From NCBI GenBank assembly GCA_965218095.1, contig OZ244587.1:1632001-1696000 (forward strand): a stretch of 64,000 nucleotides of DNA. The letters are read 5' to 3'. Numbering within the stretch: the stretch's first letter is position 1; each line of letters begins with the position of its first letter. The notes beneath the pieces are model-generated. The model saw nothing but the letters and a program-made list of their open reading frames with translations. It ran no database searches and was not told the origin of the DNA. Made by a program: the position numbers and the translations under genes. Of this stretch, positions 40,587 through 50,627 are shown in pieces. Origin of the DNA: Candidatus Poribacteria bacterium. Lineage in GTDB: Bacteria; Poribacteria; WGA-4E; PCPOR2b.

Positions 40587-40818
40587 GACTTACTATTACC
40601 CATAAGTCTGCAAACCCTTGTTGTGGTATAGGGATTCTGCCCGCTGATGAATCAGCGAGCTACACAGCTGCGTCCGATGAAGAAACCGATAAACGAAGTT
40701 TATTAGTTTCTCCTGAATCGAGTTTAGAAGATCGCTCGAAAGCCCGATGAATCGGGCTTCTTTTTCTGTAACTCGGCGACTTCATCGCCGAGCGAAAAGA
40801 TGTGGGTAATAGTAAGCC
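40587..40818. mobile_element. Structured ~230-bp MITE, copy 1
   Basis: TIR CTTACTATTACCCA/TGGGTAATAGTAAG; internal hairpins; near-identical to 44704-44930. Confidence 0.85.
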
Positions 40819-40992
40819 TTATCAGGGGGAGAGGCAGAGATGCCTCGCTACAGAAACCCGGGCCGATCATACCACAGCATCATTTATCCAAATGAATCGC
40901 CCCGCGCTAGATGAATCAAGCGCCTCAAGTGAGGCGTTAGGACATCAGGGCATTCTATTGGCACTGCACGTAGCGAATATTTGAAAATTATA

Positions 40993-43900
40993 TTACTTCA
41001 AAATGACCATCCGCCTCATCTGACGGAAAGATGGCGTAGACAATTGGTAGAAATAGAGTCCACTTGAGACCCGCTCTCCCGTTTCAGAGCGTCCATCCCA
41101 ATACGCGGCTCGGCTCCGATTCGTGTAATAGCCAGCTATCTGATGACCTAAATCCAACCGACGCACCAACGCGCCCTTTGTGTCATAAATCGTGATCTGC
41201 ACATCGGCATCGTTGGCGAGATGATACGGCATCCATGTCTCCGGGTTGAATGGATTCGGGTAGTTTGGCAACAGGGCTATCTCTGTTGGTGTCAGGGATG
41301 CCAAGAGCTGTTCAAGCACCACAATCCCCCTCACCATCGTGGCATCCTTAACCTCAAGCGACCTCGCGTCGGTCAGCCACTGTTGAACGTCTGCCGCCGT
41401 GAGCATCTCAAATGCTTGTGGATGCGCTGAAGGCGCGGATGCCGCATTCCCAAACGCGCCCGCAACCAACACCAGATCTAGGATATTCACGCCACCGTCA
41501 CTATTCACATCCCCCGCAATCGGTGGCGGCTCAGTGTCGGAGACGACCTTAAAGGTCACCGTTTGCTCAAATCCAGCGGCAGACACAGAGACGGTGTTCG
41601 TTCCCGGGTTCGGACCCAGCGTGAGCGTACTCTCTGCTCTGCCGTTTTCATCGGTCATTGTGCGTGTGGCATTGAGCGTTCCACCGCCCGTGGTCACGGT
41701 AAACGTGACCGGAACCCCCTCAAGCACTGAACCATTCTCATCCTGTACTTCAACGACAAACGGGTTCGCCGGGGCCGCACCGGACACGCCTTTCTGGTTA
41801 TCGCCTGAGATTTTCAAAAGGGCGGGATGCGCTTGGTCGTCAAAGCCTACCATAACCCTTCTGCTTTGGAGGGTTGGAATGTGGGTGTGGATGGATGTGT
41901 AGCTCAGGAGGTTTCCCGTCACATCAACCGTGTCTCCACCCCCCAATCCCGTGTTTGCCACCAGGGGCGAGATGTCCGATATCGAGTTGTCCGAAAGCTC
42001 CAGCCATGTCAGATTGGTTAATCCCGACACAGGCGAGATGTCCGATATCGAGTTCCCGCCAAGCCCCAGCCATGTCAGATTGGTTAATCCCGACACAGGC
42101 AAGATGTCCGATATCGAGTTCCCGCCAAGCCCCAGCCATGTCAGATTGGTTAATCCCGACACAGGCGAGATGTCCGATATCGAGTTCCTGTCAAGAAACA
42201 GCCGTGTCAGATTGGTTAATCCCGACACAGGCGAGATGTCCGATATCGGGTTGCCCCAAAGATACAGCTCTGTCAGATTGGTTAATCCCGACACAGGCGA
42301 GATATCCGATACTGAGTTGTTGTGAAGATTTAGATCTGTCAAATTGGTTAATCCTGCCACTGCTGAGATGTTCGAGATGTTGTTGTCCCCAAGAAACAGT
42401 CCTGTCAAGCTGGTTAAGCCGGACATCGTCGAGATGTCCGAGATGTTACTGCCCCCAAGAGACAGCGACCTTAGTTTGGTTAAACCCGTTAAAGGCGAGA
42501 AATCCGATACCGAGTTACTGTTAATCGAACGATTCTCTGCCTCCACATACTCCGCACTAAGATCCAGTGTTCTCAGGTTGGTTGCACCTTCAAGCCCGGT
42601 CAAATCGCTTATGTTGGCGTTTCTTGCGTCAAGGCGGGTCAAATTTTCTAGGTGCCCTCGGAAAATGGGAGTACTTGGTGGCAGCCCGATCGCTTCTGCA
42701 ATCGCAGCGCGGAGGTTGGGGTCGGGGATGTCAATCTCAGCCACTGCCTCAAGACGAACCCCCATTAACCCAGACATATCCCACAGTTCGACCGTGCCAG
42801 CCACCGTCCCGGAGGCAAGGGTTGTATCATCGCTTGAAAATGCCACAGAAAGTACATGATCCCCATGCCCGAGAGTGACGAAATTTACTCGCGTCGTTAT
42901 GTCCCACAGCTTGACCGTCCTGTCCCACGACCCGGTAGCGAGGGTACTCCCATCGCGCGAAAATGCCACAGAAGTGACCCCACCCGTATGCTCTTCAAAA
43001 GTGCCGATATTTTGCTGTGTCTCAACATCCCACAGCTTGACCGTCCTATCCCACGACCCGGTAGCGAGGAGGGTCGCATCAACAGGCGAAAATGCCACAG
43101 AAGTGACCCTACTCGTGTAATCCTCAAAAGTGCCGATATCTCGGTGCGTCGCCACGTCCCACAGCTTGACCGTCCCATCCCGCGACCCGGTAGCGAGAAT
43201 TGCCCCATCGGGCGAAAACGACACAGAAGTGACCTCATCCGTATGTCTAAAAGTGGCGATATCTCGTTCTGTCTCTACGTCCCACAGCTTAACCGTCCCA
43301 TCCCATGAGCCGGCAGCGAGGGTCCTCTTATCGGACGAAAACGTCATAGCAGATGTATATGTATGCACCTTAAGGGTCGCGATATCTTGTTGCGATACTA
43401 CGTCCCACAGTTTGACTGTCCCATCCCATGAGCCGGTTGCGAGAGTCACGCCATCGGACAAAAATGCCACAGAATGGACTCCAGATGTATGCTCATCAAA
43501 GGTGGCGATATGGTGTGGCGAAATTTCCACAAGCCAAAAGGAGGCATAGCCTGCATTCCCATCCGTATCAACAACCTTGACATGAACGGTATGTACCATA
43601 GAATCAGACAGATTCGTAAAGCCCTCCGCTGTAAAAGCACCGTTATAGTCGAATTTAATGGGGGCATCTTTTTCTCCCGCTAATCCACGACACGCTATCA
43701 GTCCATCAGAACCAGACAGGAGCACTTGATGGAGCCCCTCTGAATCGCTGACTTTGAGTTGAACCGGGACGCTCTGCGAGCCTGCCGGATAAGTACGCGG
43801 CGAGGTAAGTTCAATGGTGGGTCGCTCCCCCTCTTCAGTTGGGGTATTGAGATTGAAGTAGGGATGCACGGACAAATATTCGGCATGGCACGCGGATAAC

Positions 43901-44625
43901 TGATCCCGTCCTGGACCACCATACGACATGATGTACGCACCATCGTGAAAATCGTGATTCAGTCCGAAGGCGTGTCCCAGTTCATGTGCTGCTGTTCCGA
44001 AGCTAAATTCGCCAGGAACTAACGCATCTCCACCATTTTTCCCCCATCTGCCTCCGACACCTCCGACGTTACGTCCATCACCAAGACCAATTAGATCTGT
44101 GCTATTATCAATGACGATTAGGTAAACGTTTGCCTCAAGATTAAACGCTAGGTTTATCTCGTCGAATACAGCACCAGCGGTGTTATCAAGGTAGTGGCTA
44201 TCGGGGTGTCGCCCGTCCACGTGATGCACCATCGGCTCGCCTTGGGGGTCGGTTTCGATGCGGAAGGGGACTGCCCCGTAACCGTGTGCACCCATCTGCT
44301 CGGCAAAGAAGGTCTGGACCTTGAGAATCTCCTCCTTCATCCGCTGAACGACGTCGGCGCGATACGGGCGGTCATTGGGTAAGAGGTAGATTATCCGTAC
44401 CGTGCGTGGTTCACCGACGTTCAAATTCGCTGTAAAGGATTGGGCGTAGCGACGATTGGGATATTGGTCCGAATACCGTTTGCTCCATTGATTATCAATA
44501 ACGCCGCAAAAAAGTGTCCCGTTTCCGGCAGATAGCTGGGAGGCGGCAATCGCTAGGTTGAGTGTGCCGCCGGTGAGATAGATTATTAGAGAGTATAAGG
44601 TGAAACGAAAAAATTGTGTTTTCAT
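40993..44625 (-). CDS. Secreted multidomain protein: zinc metallopeptidase + WD40 + internalin-type LRR + Big_1 + dockerin + FlgD/T9SS-like C-terminal domain
   Basis: Signal peptide; HELGHAFGLNH; WD repeats; 22-aa LRRs ISDISPVSGLTNLTxLxL; GDVNSDGGVNILDLV; LLPNYPNPFNPETW. Confidence 0.92.
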   Translation of the reverse strand: MKTQFFRFTLYSLIIYLTGGTLNLAIAASQLSAGNGTLFCGVIDNQWSKRYSDQYPNRRYAQSFTANLNVGEPRTVRIIYLLPNDRPYRADVVQRMKEEILKVQTFFAEQMGAHGYGAVPFRIETDPQGEPMVHHVDGRHPDSHYLDNTAGAVFDEINLAFNLEANVYLIVIDNSTDLIGLGDGRNVGGVGGRWGKNGGDALVPGEFSFGTAAHELGHAFGLNHDFHDGAYIMSYGGPGRDQLSACHAEYLSVHPYFNLNTPTEEGERPTIELTSPRTYPAGSQSVPVQLKVSDSEGLHQVLLSGSDGLIACRGLAGEKDAPIKFDYNGAFTAEGFTNLSDSMVHTVHVKVVDTDGNAGYASFWLVEISPHHIATFDEHTSGVHSVAFLSDGVTLATGSWDGTVKLWDVVSQQDIATLKVHTYTSAMTFSSDKRTLAAGSWDGTVKLWDVETERDIATFRHTDEVTSVSFSPDGAILATGSRDGTVKLWDVATHRDIGTFEDYTSRVTSVAFSPVDATLLATGSWDRTVKLWDVETQQNIGTFEEHTGGVTSVAFSRDGSTLATGSWDRTVKLWDITTRVNFVTLGHGDHVLSVAFSSDDTTLASGTVAGTVELWDMSGLMGVRLEAVAEIDIPDPNLRAAIAEAIGLPPSTPIFRGHLENLTRLDARNANISDLTGLEGATNLRTLDLSAEYVEAENRSINSNSVSDFSPLTGLTKLRSLSLGGSNISDISTMSGLTSLTGLFLGDNNISNISAVAGLTNLTDLNLHNNSVSDISPVSGLTNLTELYLWGNPISDISPVSGLTNLTRLFLDRNSISDISPVSGLTNLTWLGLGGNSISDILPVSGLTNLTWLGLGGNSISDISPVSGLTNLTWLELSDNSISDISPLVANTGLGGGDTVDVTGNLLSYTSIHTHIPTLQSRRVMVGFDDQAHPALLKISGDNQKGVSGAAPANPFVVEVQDENGSVLEGVPVTFTVTTGGGTLNATRTMTDENGRAESTLTLGPNPGTNTVSVSAAGFEQTVTFKVVSDTEPPPIAGDVNSDGGVNILDLVLVAGAFGNAASAPSAHPQAFEMLTAADVQQWLTDARSLEVKDATMVRGIVVLEQLLASLTPTEIALLPNYPNPFNPETWMPYHLANDADVQITIYDTKGALVRRLDLGHQIAGYYTNRSRAAYWDGRSETGERVSSGLYFYQLSTPSFRQMRRMVILK
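41960..42325 (-). repeat. 66-bp near-identical tandem repeats (LRR coding)
   Basis: GTCAGATTGGTTAATCCCGACACAGGCGAGATGTCCGATATCG recurring every 66 bp. Confidence 0.85.
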
Positions 44626-44703
44626 CGCTATGTTTATTTCCTTTGAGGTTGGAAATGTGTGAGAGGCATTTGTGCCTCGATTGTCAGGACACCCCCCTTA
44701 TCA

Positions 44704-44930
44704 GGCTTACTATTACCCATAAGTCTGCAAACCCTTGTGGTATAGGGATTCTGCCCGCCGATGAATCAGCGGGCTACACGGCTGCGTCCGATGAAGAAAC
44801 CGATAAACGAAGTTTATTAGTTTCTCCTGAATTGAACTGAGAAGATCGCTCGAAAGCCCGATGAATCGGGCTTCTTTTTCTGTAACTCGGCGACTTCATC
44901 GCCGAGCGAAAAGATGTGGGTAATAGATAG
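44704..44930. mobile_element. Structured ~230-bp MITE, copy 2 (direct orientation to copy 1)
   Basis: GGCTTACTATTACCCA ... TGGGTAATAG; same internal sequence with few substitutions and a 3-bp indel. Confidence 0.85.
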
Positions 44931-44973
44931 CAACTTTGAGGGGACATATAGAGGGAGACTTTTCAAAGTTAAA

Positions 44974-46170
44974 TTACTCGGGCGACCAGTGCGCCGCGTA
45001 ATGGAGGATATTTTCCATCAGTTTCTCATTCGCCTTGACAGTCTCCTGCCCATCATTGCGCAAGCTGGTGAAAATGTACAAACCCCTGCTGTGTTTCCGC
45101 ACGCCAACAACGAGATGTTTGCCATCGTTGGTGGTTGCAAAAACTTCGAAATCTTGATCCCAATCTGTCCAGGCATCATCAATATAGATTTCCCCCGGCT
45201 CAATCAGATGGGGCGCCGCAAACAGCTTCTCCCTCTGGTCAGTAATCTTGAAATCCTGAGTTGGTGGACGTTCGACGCCAGTCAAACTTCCTACCAGCCA
45301 GCCGATTTCACAGGGACGTTTCTGATCACTATCTTGACCGCTGACGATGACAATCCCGCCATTTGCCACAAACGTTTTGATTTTTTCCTCTATTTCTTTG
45401 TTGAGCAAGTAACCGCCATAAGCAATCTCTCCATGACCGGGCCACAAAATGTCTGCTTCGTCTAAGTCGGAGAGCGAACGATCTTGGGTTGACTCATAAG
45501 CCAGGGGCTTATCATCTGCCCTTTTAACCTTTCGTATCGCGTTATATTCATAGCCAACTGTGTTTGTCTCCACGGGAACCTGGCTGTACATAGGCTTCGT
45601 GCTGTTACCCGTCAAGACCAGCACCTTCACCGCGTCTTTGGGAGCGGCGGGCCACTTTTCACCTGCGAGGATGGCTCGGACAATCTTCTGAAATTCCATT
45701 GTTGAACCATCAAATGTTCGCAACAAATATGGGTCCGTGTGGGGAAACGACCACCACCCGTCGGGGAAATCTTCACCCGGTCCATAGGTTTGAAACCACA
45801 TGCCATCTATATATGAGAGACTTTGAATTCCCCATTGGTTCCGTTGATAAAACACGATGATCGGCATGCCGACTTTAAGCAGTTTAACCATTTGGGGGGG
45901 AGAGCTTCCACGGCGATACTGTCCGGTGGCGAAGTTCATTTTAATCTCATCTACATTGCTTACCCCTTTGGCGTCCTCTTCGACTGCAACAATGCTTCTC
46001 AACCGTTTAGCATTTACGCTTCTAATTTTCCCAAAGACGATGTTGGTGCAGGCATCTGAAACTTCATGGATTGTATATTCTCGCTCAATAAACCCCCTTG
46101 CTTGTGAGGAAAACAGCAAGCCAATGAAAATGAGGCATAAGGTAAGTGAAATTCGATGTTTTTTTAGCAT
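44974..46170 (-). CDS. Secreted hypothetical protein with C-terminal GATase/ThuA-like alpha/beta domain
   Basis: Signal peptide ending SQARG; IKTFVANGGIVIVSG. Confidence 0.7.
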   Translation of the reverse strand: MLKKHRISLTLCLIFIGLLFSSQARGFIEREYTIHEVSDACTNIVFGKIRSVNAKRLRSIVAVEEDAKGVSNVDEIKMNFATGQYRRGSSPPQMVKLLKVGMPIIVFYQRNQWGIQSLSYIDGMWFQTYGPGEDFPDGWWSFPHTDPYLLRTFDGSTMEFQKIVRAILAGEKWPAAPKDAVKVLVLTGNSTKPMYSQVPVETNTVGYEYNAIRKVKRADDKPLAYESTQDRSLSDLDEADILWPGHGEIAYGGYLLNKEIEEKIKTFVANGGIVIVSGQDSDQKRPCEIGWLVGSLTGVERPPTQDFKITDQREKLFAAPHLIEPGEIYIDDAWTDWDQDFEVFATTNDGKHLVVGVRKHSRGLYIFTSLRNDGQETVKANEKLMENILHYAAHWSPE

Positions 46171-46428
46171 TTTATAAATTCCTTTCAGCTATTGGGATGT
46201 ACACTATCACTAAATGTTTGAACAACCGCACCGTGACAGGATCTTTACCTTTTCGTCATCCGCAACAAGTGATGAGTGACGAGTGATTCTCACCTCAACG
46301 ATGACTTCTCACGTCCCGGATCAAAAATCGGGAATCCTCAATACGAATCATCGGGACCAGACGCCAGATCACTGATGCAGAGTTGACCGACCTTCTCAAG
46401 GGTTTAGTGATAGGACACAGCAATATCT

Positions 46429-47322
46429 TTATCGTCGTCGATCCATTGCTACGATTGTCTCTTCGCCCAGGTGCTCGATGAGCCACATCTTCAGCGGCAC
46501 GTCGTCGTCTGTCGGCACATACCGTCCGTCGTTCCTGACCGCGGCGCCGAGCAACTGCCTGCGAATCGGATTGCAACGGTCATACAGGTGTTCCACGACC
46601 ATGTTGTCCTTAGGCCGAATCCAGCGGTAGCCATAGCCGTAGAACAATACTTTGCGGGTGAATGCAGAACGATTTGGGCTGCGGGAGTGCCAGAGCCGAC
46701 GGTCAAAAAACACCGCCGTCCCCGGCCTCGCACACATGGGGATTGCTGCATCAGGCACACTATCGGTAGTTCCCTCGCGGGGGTTGCGGCCCACCTCTGA
46801 GAAAGTGGGTATATCATCCGAAAGGTGACTGCCGGGGATAATGTAAAAGTTGCCCCGTCCGGGCTCTGAGACGTCGGTGAGAAAGTAGCCAACTTTAAGC
46901 GACAAACGGGGACGCGGATGCGATTCCATCATCTCAATGTTGGCTCGCCCACTATCCTGGTGCCACTCCAACCAACCTTCCTCCTGTGGTGCATTGGGCT
47001 CAGCAGGGGGCTTAATGTGCATGTGTGCGTGATACAGGTAAATGTTCCACCCTAAAATACCCCAAATTTTTGGTAAGGTGGTGGGATAGTCAAGTAGGTC
47101 TAAAAAAGCGTCGTCCTCACCGAGAAAGTTTGAAGAGCTCCACGCCTTGCCATGTTCAGTCGGCTCCGCTTCAATCGCCTTTTTGTGAAGACTATCCACG
47201 GCGGCGGTCAAACGGTCAATCATTTCTTCGGACAAGGCATTTTCAACGATGAGGTAGCCTTGTTCCTCGAAATGGCGGTGTTGTTCGTCCGTTAAGCAAT
47301 GTGAAAGATAATCTTGAGTCAT
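46429..47322 (-). CDS. PhyH family dioxygenase
   Basis: WHQDSGR, GNFYIIPGSH, FDRRLWHSRSPN; RBS AAGGAG. Confidence 0.92.
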   Translation of the reverse strand: MTQDYLSHCLTDEQHRHFEEQGYLIVENALSEEMIDRLTAAVDSLHKKAIEAEPTEHGKAWSSSNFLGEDDAFLDLLDYPTTLPKIWGILGWNIYLYHAHMHIKPPAEPNAPQEEGWLEWHQDSGRANIEMMESHPRPRLSLKVGYFLTDVSEPGRGNFYIIPGSHLSDDIPTFSEVGRNPREGTTDSVPDAAIPMCARPGTAVFFDRRLWHSRSPNRSAFTRKVLFYGYGYRWIRPKDNMVVEHLYDRCNPIRRQLLGAAVRNDGRYVPTDDDVPLKMWLIEHLGEETIVAMDRRR

Positions 47323-47368
47323 TATGCACTCTCCTTAAAAGTTTGTTCAATTGAGTCAATCAAACCAA

Positions 47369-48127
47369 TCAACGGTGTTCCTCCGCTGCATCTTGAGGTT
47401 CAAATCCAACGACCTCACGGGCGTGTGAAACGTCGCGGTAACCCCACTTGTTATTCGACACCGCGAAGAAGATATCGAAACGCACGCTATCGGGGGCTTC
47501 AATGCACTTTTCAACCATCTGTGCAATGTCGCGCTGGCTGCACCAGATTGAAAAATGGCGTGGCTGCGAGGGATGGTTGTCACGAGTGACGCCGCCAATG
47601 CGCAGGCAGATCATCGAGATGTCATAAGTATCTGAAAAGTGCATTGCCAATGCCTCGCCGAAGACCTTGGTACACCCATAGAGCCCGCTCGGTCGCGTCG
47701 GCGATTTGTGGTTCAGTTTATCCCACGTTTCGGGGACTTCATTGTAACGCCCTTCGGTGAGCGCGTTGTAAGGAAACTCTCGCTCCCAATTGCTGACAGT
47801 TGATCCGCTGCTGGCGTAGATAACCCGCTTAACCCCTGCCCGCCGTGACGCCTCGAAGACGTTGTAAGTCCCAACGATATTAGGATTCAGCAGATCTTCC
47901 CACGTTGCGTTTCCTCGGGCCATTGCCGCTAGATGTACCACCACATCTACCCCCTCGAATGTGGATTGGATGGCATCTAGGTCGGCAATATCCGCCTGAT
48001 GGCACTCGACCCCTGGCACAGGATGGCGGTTGAGCGCGCGCAAGGTATACTTGCTTTCTAATTGCTCCCGCACGACGCCCCCAATTAATCCGCTCATGCC
48101 GGTGATGAGGACCTTCTTTTGTGTCAT
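47369..48127 (-). CDS. NAD-dependent epimerase/dehydratase (uronate dehydrogenase-like)
   Basis: ITGMSGLIG, YASS, YGCTKVFGE, LRIG, SQRD, GFEPQD. Confidence 0.88.
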   Translation of the reverse strand: MTQKKVLITGMSGLIGGVVREQLESKYTLRALNRHPVPGVECHQADIADLDAIQSTFEGVDVVVHLAAMARGNATWEDLLNPNIVGTYNVFEASRRAGVKRVIYASSGSTVSNWEREFPYNALTEGRYNEVPETWDKLNHKSPTRPSGLYGCTKVFGEALAMHFSDTYDISMICLRIGGVTRDNHPSQPRHFSIWCSQRDIAQMVEKCIEAPDSVRFDIFFAVSNNKWGYRDVSHAREVVGFEPQDAAEEHR

Positions 48128-48275
48128 AGCTTCCCTCCATTTCTCGTCATTCGTTTCGGACTGGAGTGAACAGCGTCTCATTCCAGTCCACGTTCACCCT
48201 TCCCAGCTTGCTTTATTATACACCATGTGTAGCCAAGTTATCAAACCTTCAAGCCTGTGGATTAAAGAAATTGTC

Positions 48276-48304
48276 TTGACAAGGTTTCTATTTTCCTCTA
48301 TACT
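48276..48304 (+). promoter_or_regulatory. sigma70 promoter
   Basis: TTGACA-N17-TATACT. Confidence 0.7.
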
Positions 48305-48437
48305 GAGCACCACGTCTAACATGCTGTGCTTCCATAAGCAAGCGCAGATGGGGCGCAGTTCGACTTTAATTATTCGTTGACGTAAGGAGATTCGCTTCGA
48401 TTACATCAACGAGAAAAAAACAAGGGAGGCATCCACA

Positions 48438-49082
48438 TTGAAAATTTTGGTTTTATCTGGCGAAAATCATCGGTTTGCGGATAGCGCATCTATCATCCAC
48501 GATTTTCTCGCGGCGCAGGGCGATATGTCAGTGGAGCTCACCGGCGACAAGGGGATTTTGGCGTCGTCCCAATTGGACAAATTTGATGTCTGTGTGTTCG
48601 GCACCGGGTTTACCCGTACTGTCCGTCAGCCTGACGACACAGTGAAACGGGAACCGGATTTGACGCGGGAACAGGAAGACGGTCTGCTCCAATTCGTCGG
48701 CAGTGGCAAAGGGCTGGTCGGCATTCACGGAACAGCGTGGTGGATTGGCGGTCGCGCCGTTGATCTCATCGGTGGGCATGCCAACTGGCATCCCCCCGCT
48801 TCAACCTTCACGGTGCATATCGAAGAGTCCAACCACCCAATTACGCAGGGCGTCGAGGACTTCGAGGTTGAAGATGAGATCTACATGTCTGCCTATGACC
48901 CCTACCTCCACATCCTCGCGTCAGCGGAGTGGTCAGACCGCCCGCACCCGATGGCGTGGGTGAAATCCTACGGGGAAGGGCGTGTGTTCTACACCGCGCT
49001 GGGACATGGGCCCGGCACATTTGAGCGACCTGCGATGCAGAAGCTGGTTGGACAGGCTGTCGAATGGGCGGGGAATGGTTAA
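48438..49082 (+). CDS. ThuA domain protein
   Basis: GKGLVGIH, HPITQGV, DEIY, GRVFYTALGH; TTG start after GGAGG. Confidence 0.9.
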   Translation: MKILVLSGENHRFADSASIIHDFLAAQGDMSVELTGDKGILASSQLDKFDVCVFGTGFTRTVRQPDDTVKREPDLTREQEDGLLQFVGSGKGLVGIHGTAWWIGGRAVDLIGGHANWHPPASTFTVHIEESNHPITQGVEDFEVEDEIYMSAYDPYLHILASAEWSDRPHPMAWVKSYGEGRVFYTALGHGPGTFERPAMQKLVGQAVEWAGNG

Positions 49083-49268
49083 TTTTCATGTCCTACTGAA
49101 TCTACATATACATGCTGACATTCATTCATAAAGAGCGCATTGGGTGATGCAGGAGCTCAAAGGTTCAGGGGTTCTGAACTCTGTTGTGCATCCAAAATTC
49201 CACATCCAAATCGGCACAAATGAAACTGTGATAGACAATACGTGCATTACAAAGGAGACTCGCATATA

Positions 49269-50048
49269 ATGAACGAGGACGAAAAATATGTGTTCGACCT
49301 GACAGGCTATCTTATTATCAAAGATGCACTCACACCTGAAGAGGTCGCACGCTGTAACGCGGCAATTGACCAACTCAAAGAGATGGACAGGTCATTGTCA
49401 GGCGGATCGAAGGCGTTAGCGGGCACATCCCACCGGAGGGATATGGGCGGGATGTTAGCGTGGGAACGTCCGTGGTGTGAGTCGTTTCGAGAGTTGTTAG
49501 TGCACCCACGAATTAAACCCTACCTCGACGGCATCTTGGAAGAGGGCTATCGGCTAGATCATGGCCCAGGCTTGATTGCGATGGAGGACGGAACAGAAGG
49601 CGGCACATTGCACGGTGGCGGCGTCGAGCGTCCCAATTTCTCCGAAGCCTACTTCTTCAAGAACGGACGCATCTACACCGGACTCACGGTGGTAGAGTAC
49701 ATGCTGGCGGACGAAGGTCCCGGCGATGGCGGGCTAGTGGTCATTCCGGGGAGCCACAAGGCAAACCTGCCCTGCCCACGCAGCATGAGGTGGTATGAGA
49801 AGCATCAGGAGCATGTGGTTGAAGTCCATGCAAAAGCAGGGGACGCAGTCATTTTCACCGAGACCTTGACGCACGGAACGCTGCCGTGGAAGGGTAAGCA
49901 TCAGCGTCGTGTGCTGCTTTATAAGTTCAGTCCGGGATTTCAGGCTTACAGCGGGGGCGCGCATCAGATTGCGTATCCTGATTATATTGAGGAGATGACG
50001 CCGGAGCAGCGTGCGGTGATGGAGGCGCCACATATTCGTCGTCGATAG
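49269..50048 (+). CDS. PhyH family dioxygenase
   Basis: YVFDLTGYL, LHGG, GGLVVIPGSHK, AGDAVIFTETLTHG. Confidence 0.9.
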   Translation: MNEDEKYVFDLTGYLIIKDALTPEEVARCNAAIDQLKEMDRSLSGGSKALAGTSHRRDMGGMLAWERPWCESFRELLVHPRIKPYLDGILEEGYRLDHGPGLIAMEDGTEGGTLHGGGVERPNFSEAYFFKNGRIYTGLTVVEYMLADEGPGDGGLVVIPGSHKANLPCPRSMRWYEKHQEHVVEVHAKAGDAVIFTETLTHGTLPWKGKHQRRVLLYKFSPGFQAYSGGAHQIAYPDYIEEMTPEQRAVMEAPHIRRR

Positions 50049-50134
50049 TGTTCAGGAATGGAGGGGATGAATAGAAGGTACGGTTAGAACATGGCTTGAC
50101 AAAATGAACAAATCTTCCAAATCCGCTGCTCTAA

Positions 50135-50560
50135 TCAGGTTTCATGTATCGTGTCTGTTGAATATAACACAACCCCTTCGCGTTCAGCGGTTTGCCAAAG
50201 CGCGTCCGTATAACCGGATCGAGCAAAGAACGTATAATTGATGTGCTGAACTTCCGATTGAGCCATGAGCACCTGCGCCTTGGATTTCAGCGAATCCAGA
50301 ATATTTGTTCCGACAGAGCGATTTGTCCATTTGCACTCACCGACTAAAGCGTGTATACCATTACCACTCAAAGCGACCAGATTGATCTCCACATTACGCG
50401 TCCACCACGCGCCAAAGTTTACCGCCTTGAAAGGGAGTTTACCATTTCGATTTAACCGCTTCAGAAACTGCAAACAGACCGACTCAAACACAGGTGCGAC
50501 AAAGTTGGCGAAATGCGGCCTAATCCGATCCGCCAACACAAATTCAACATCTTCTTCCTC
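50135..50560 (-). pseudogene. C-terminal remnant of archaeal-type ATPase (DUF234 PD-(D/E)xK-like domain)
   Basis: FESVCLQFL...GAWW..VEINLVA...VGECKWTN; N-terminal ATPase absent. Confidence 0.7.
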
Positions 50561-50627
50561 AAGGTAGCCCCGTCGGTTTTGGGCTAATGAACGGCGTCAC
50601 ACCGAAGGAAATTAAAGGGAATCCTCT

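Noticed and set aside
40553-40750. Duplicated short ORFs (also 44616-44840)
   Set aside because: Chance translations of the MITE; no RBS, differing ends
41960-42325. 66-bp periodic repeats with a variable part resembling CRISPR repeat-spacer units
   Set aside because: They encode 22-aa LRRs in an open frame, and the variable parts are homologous
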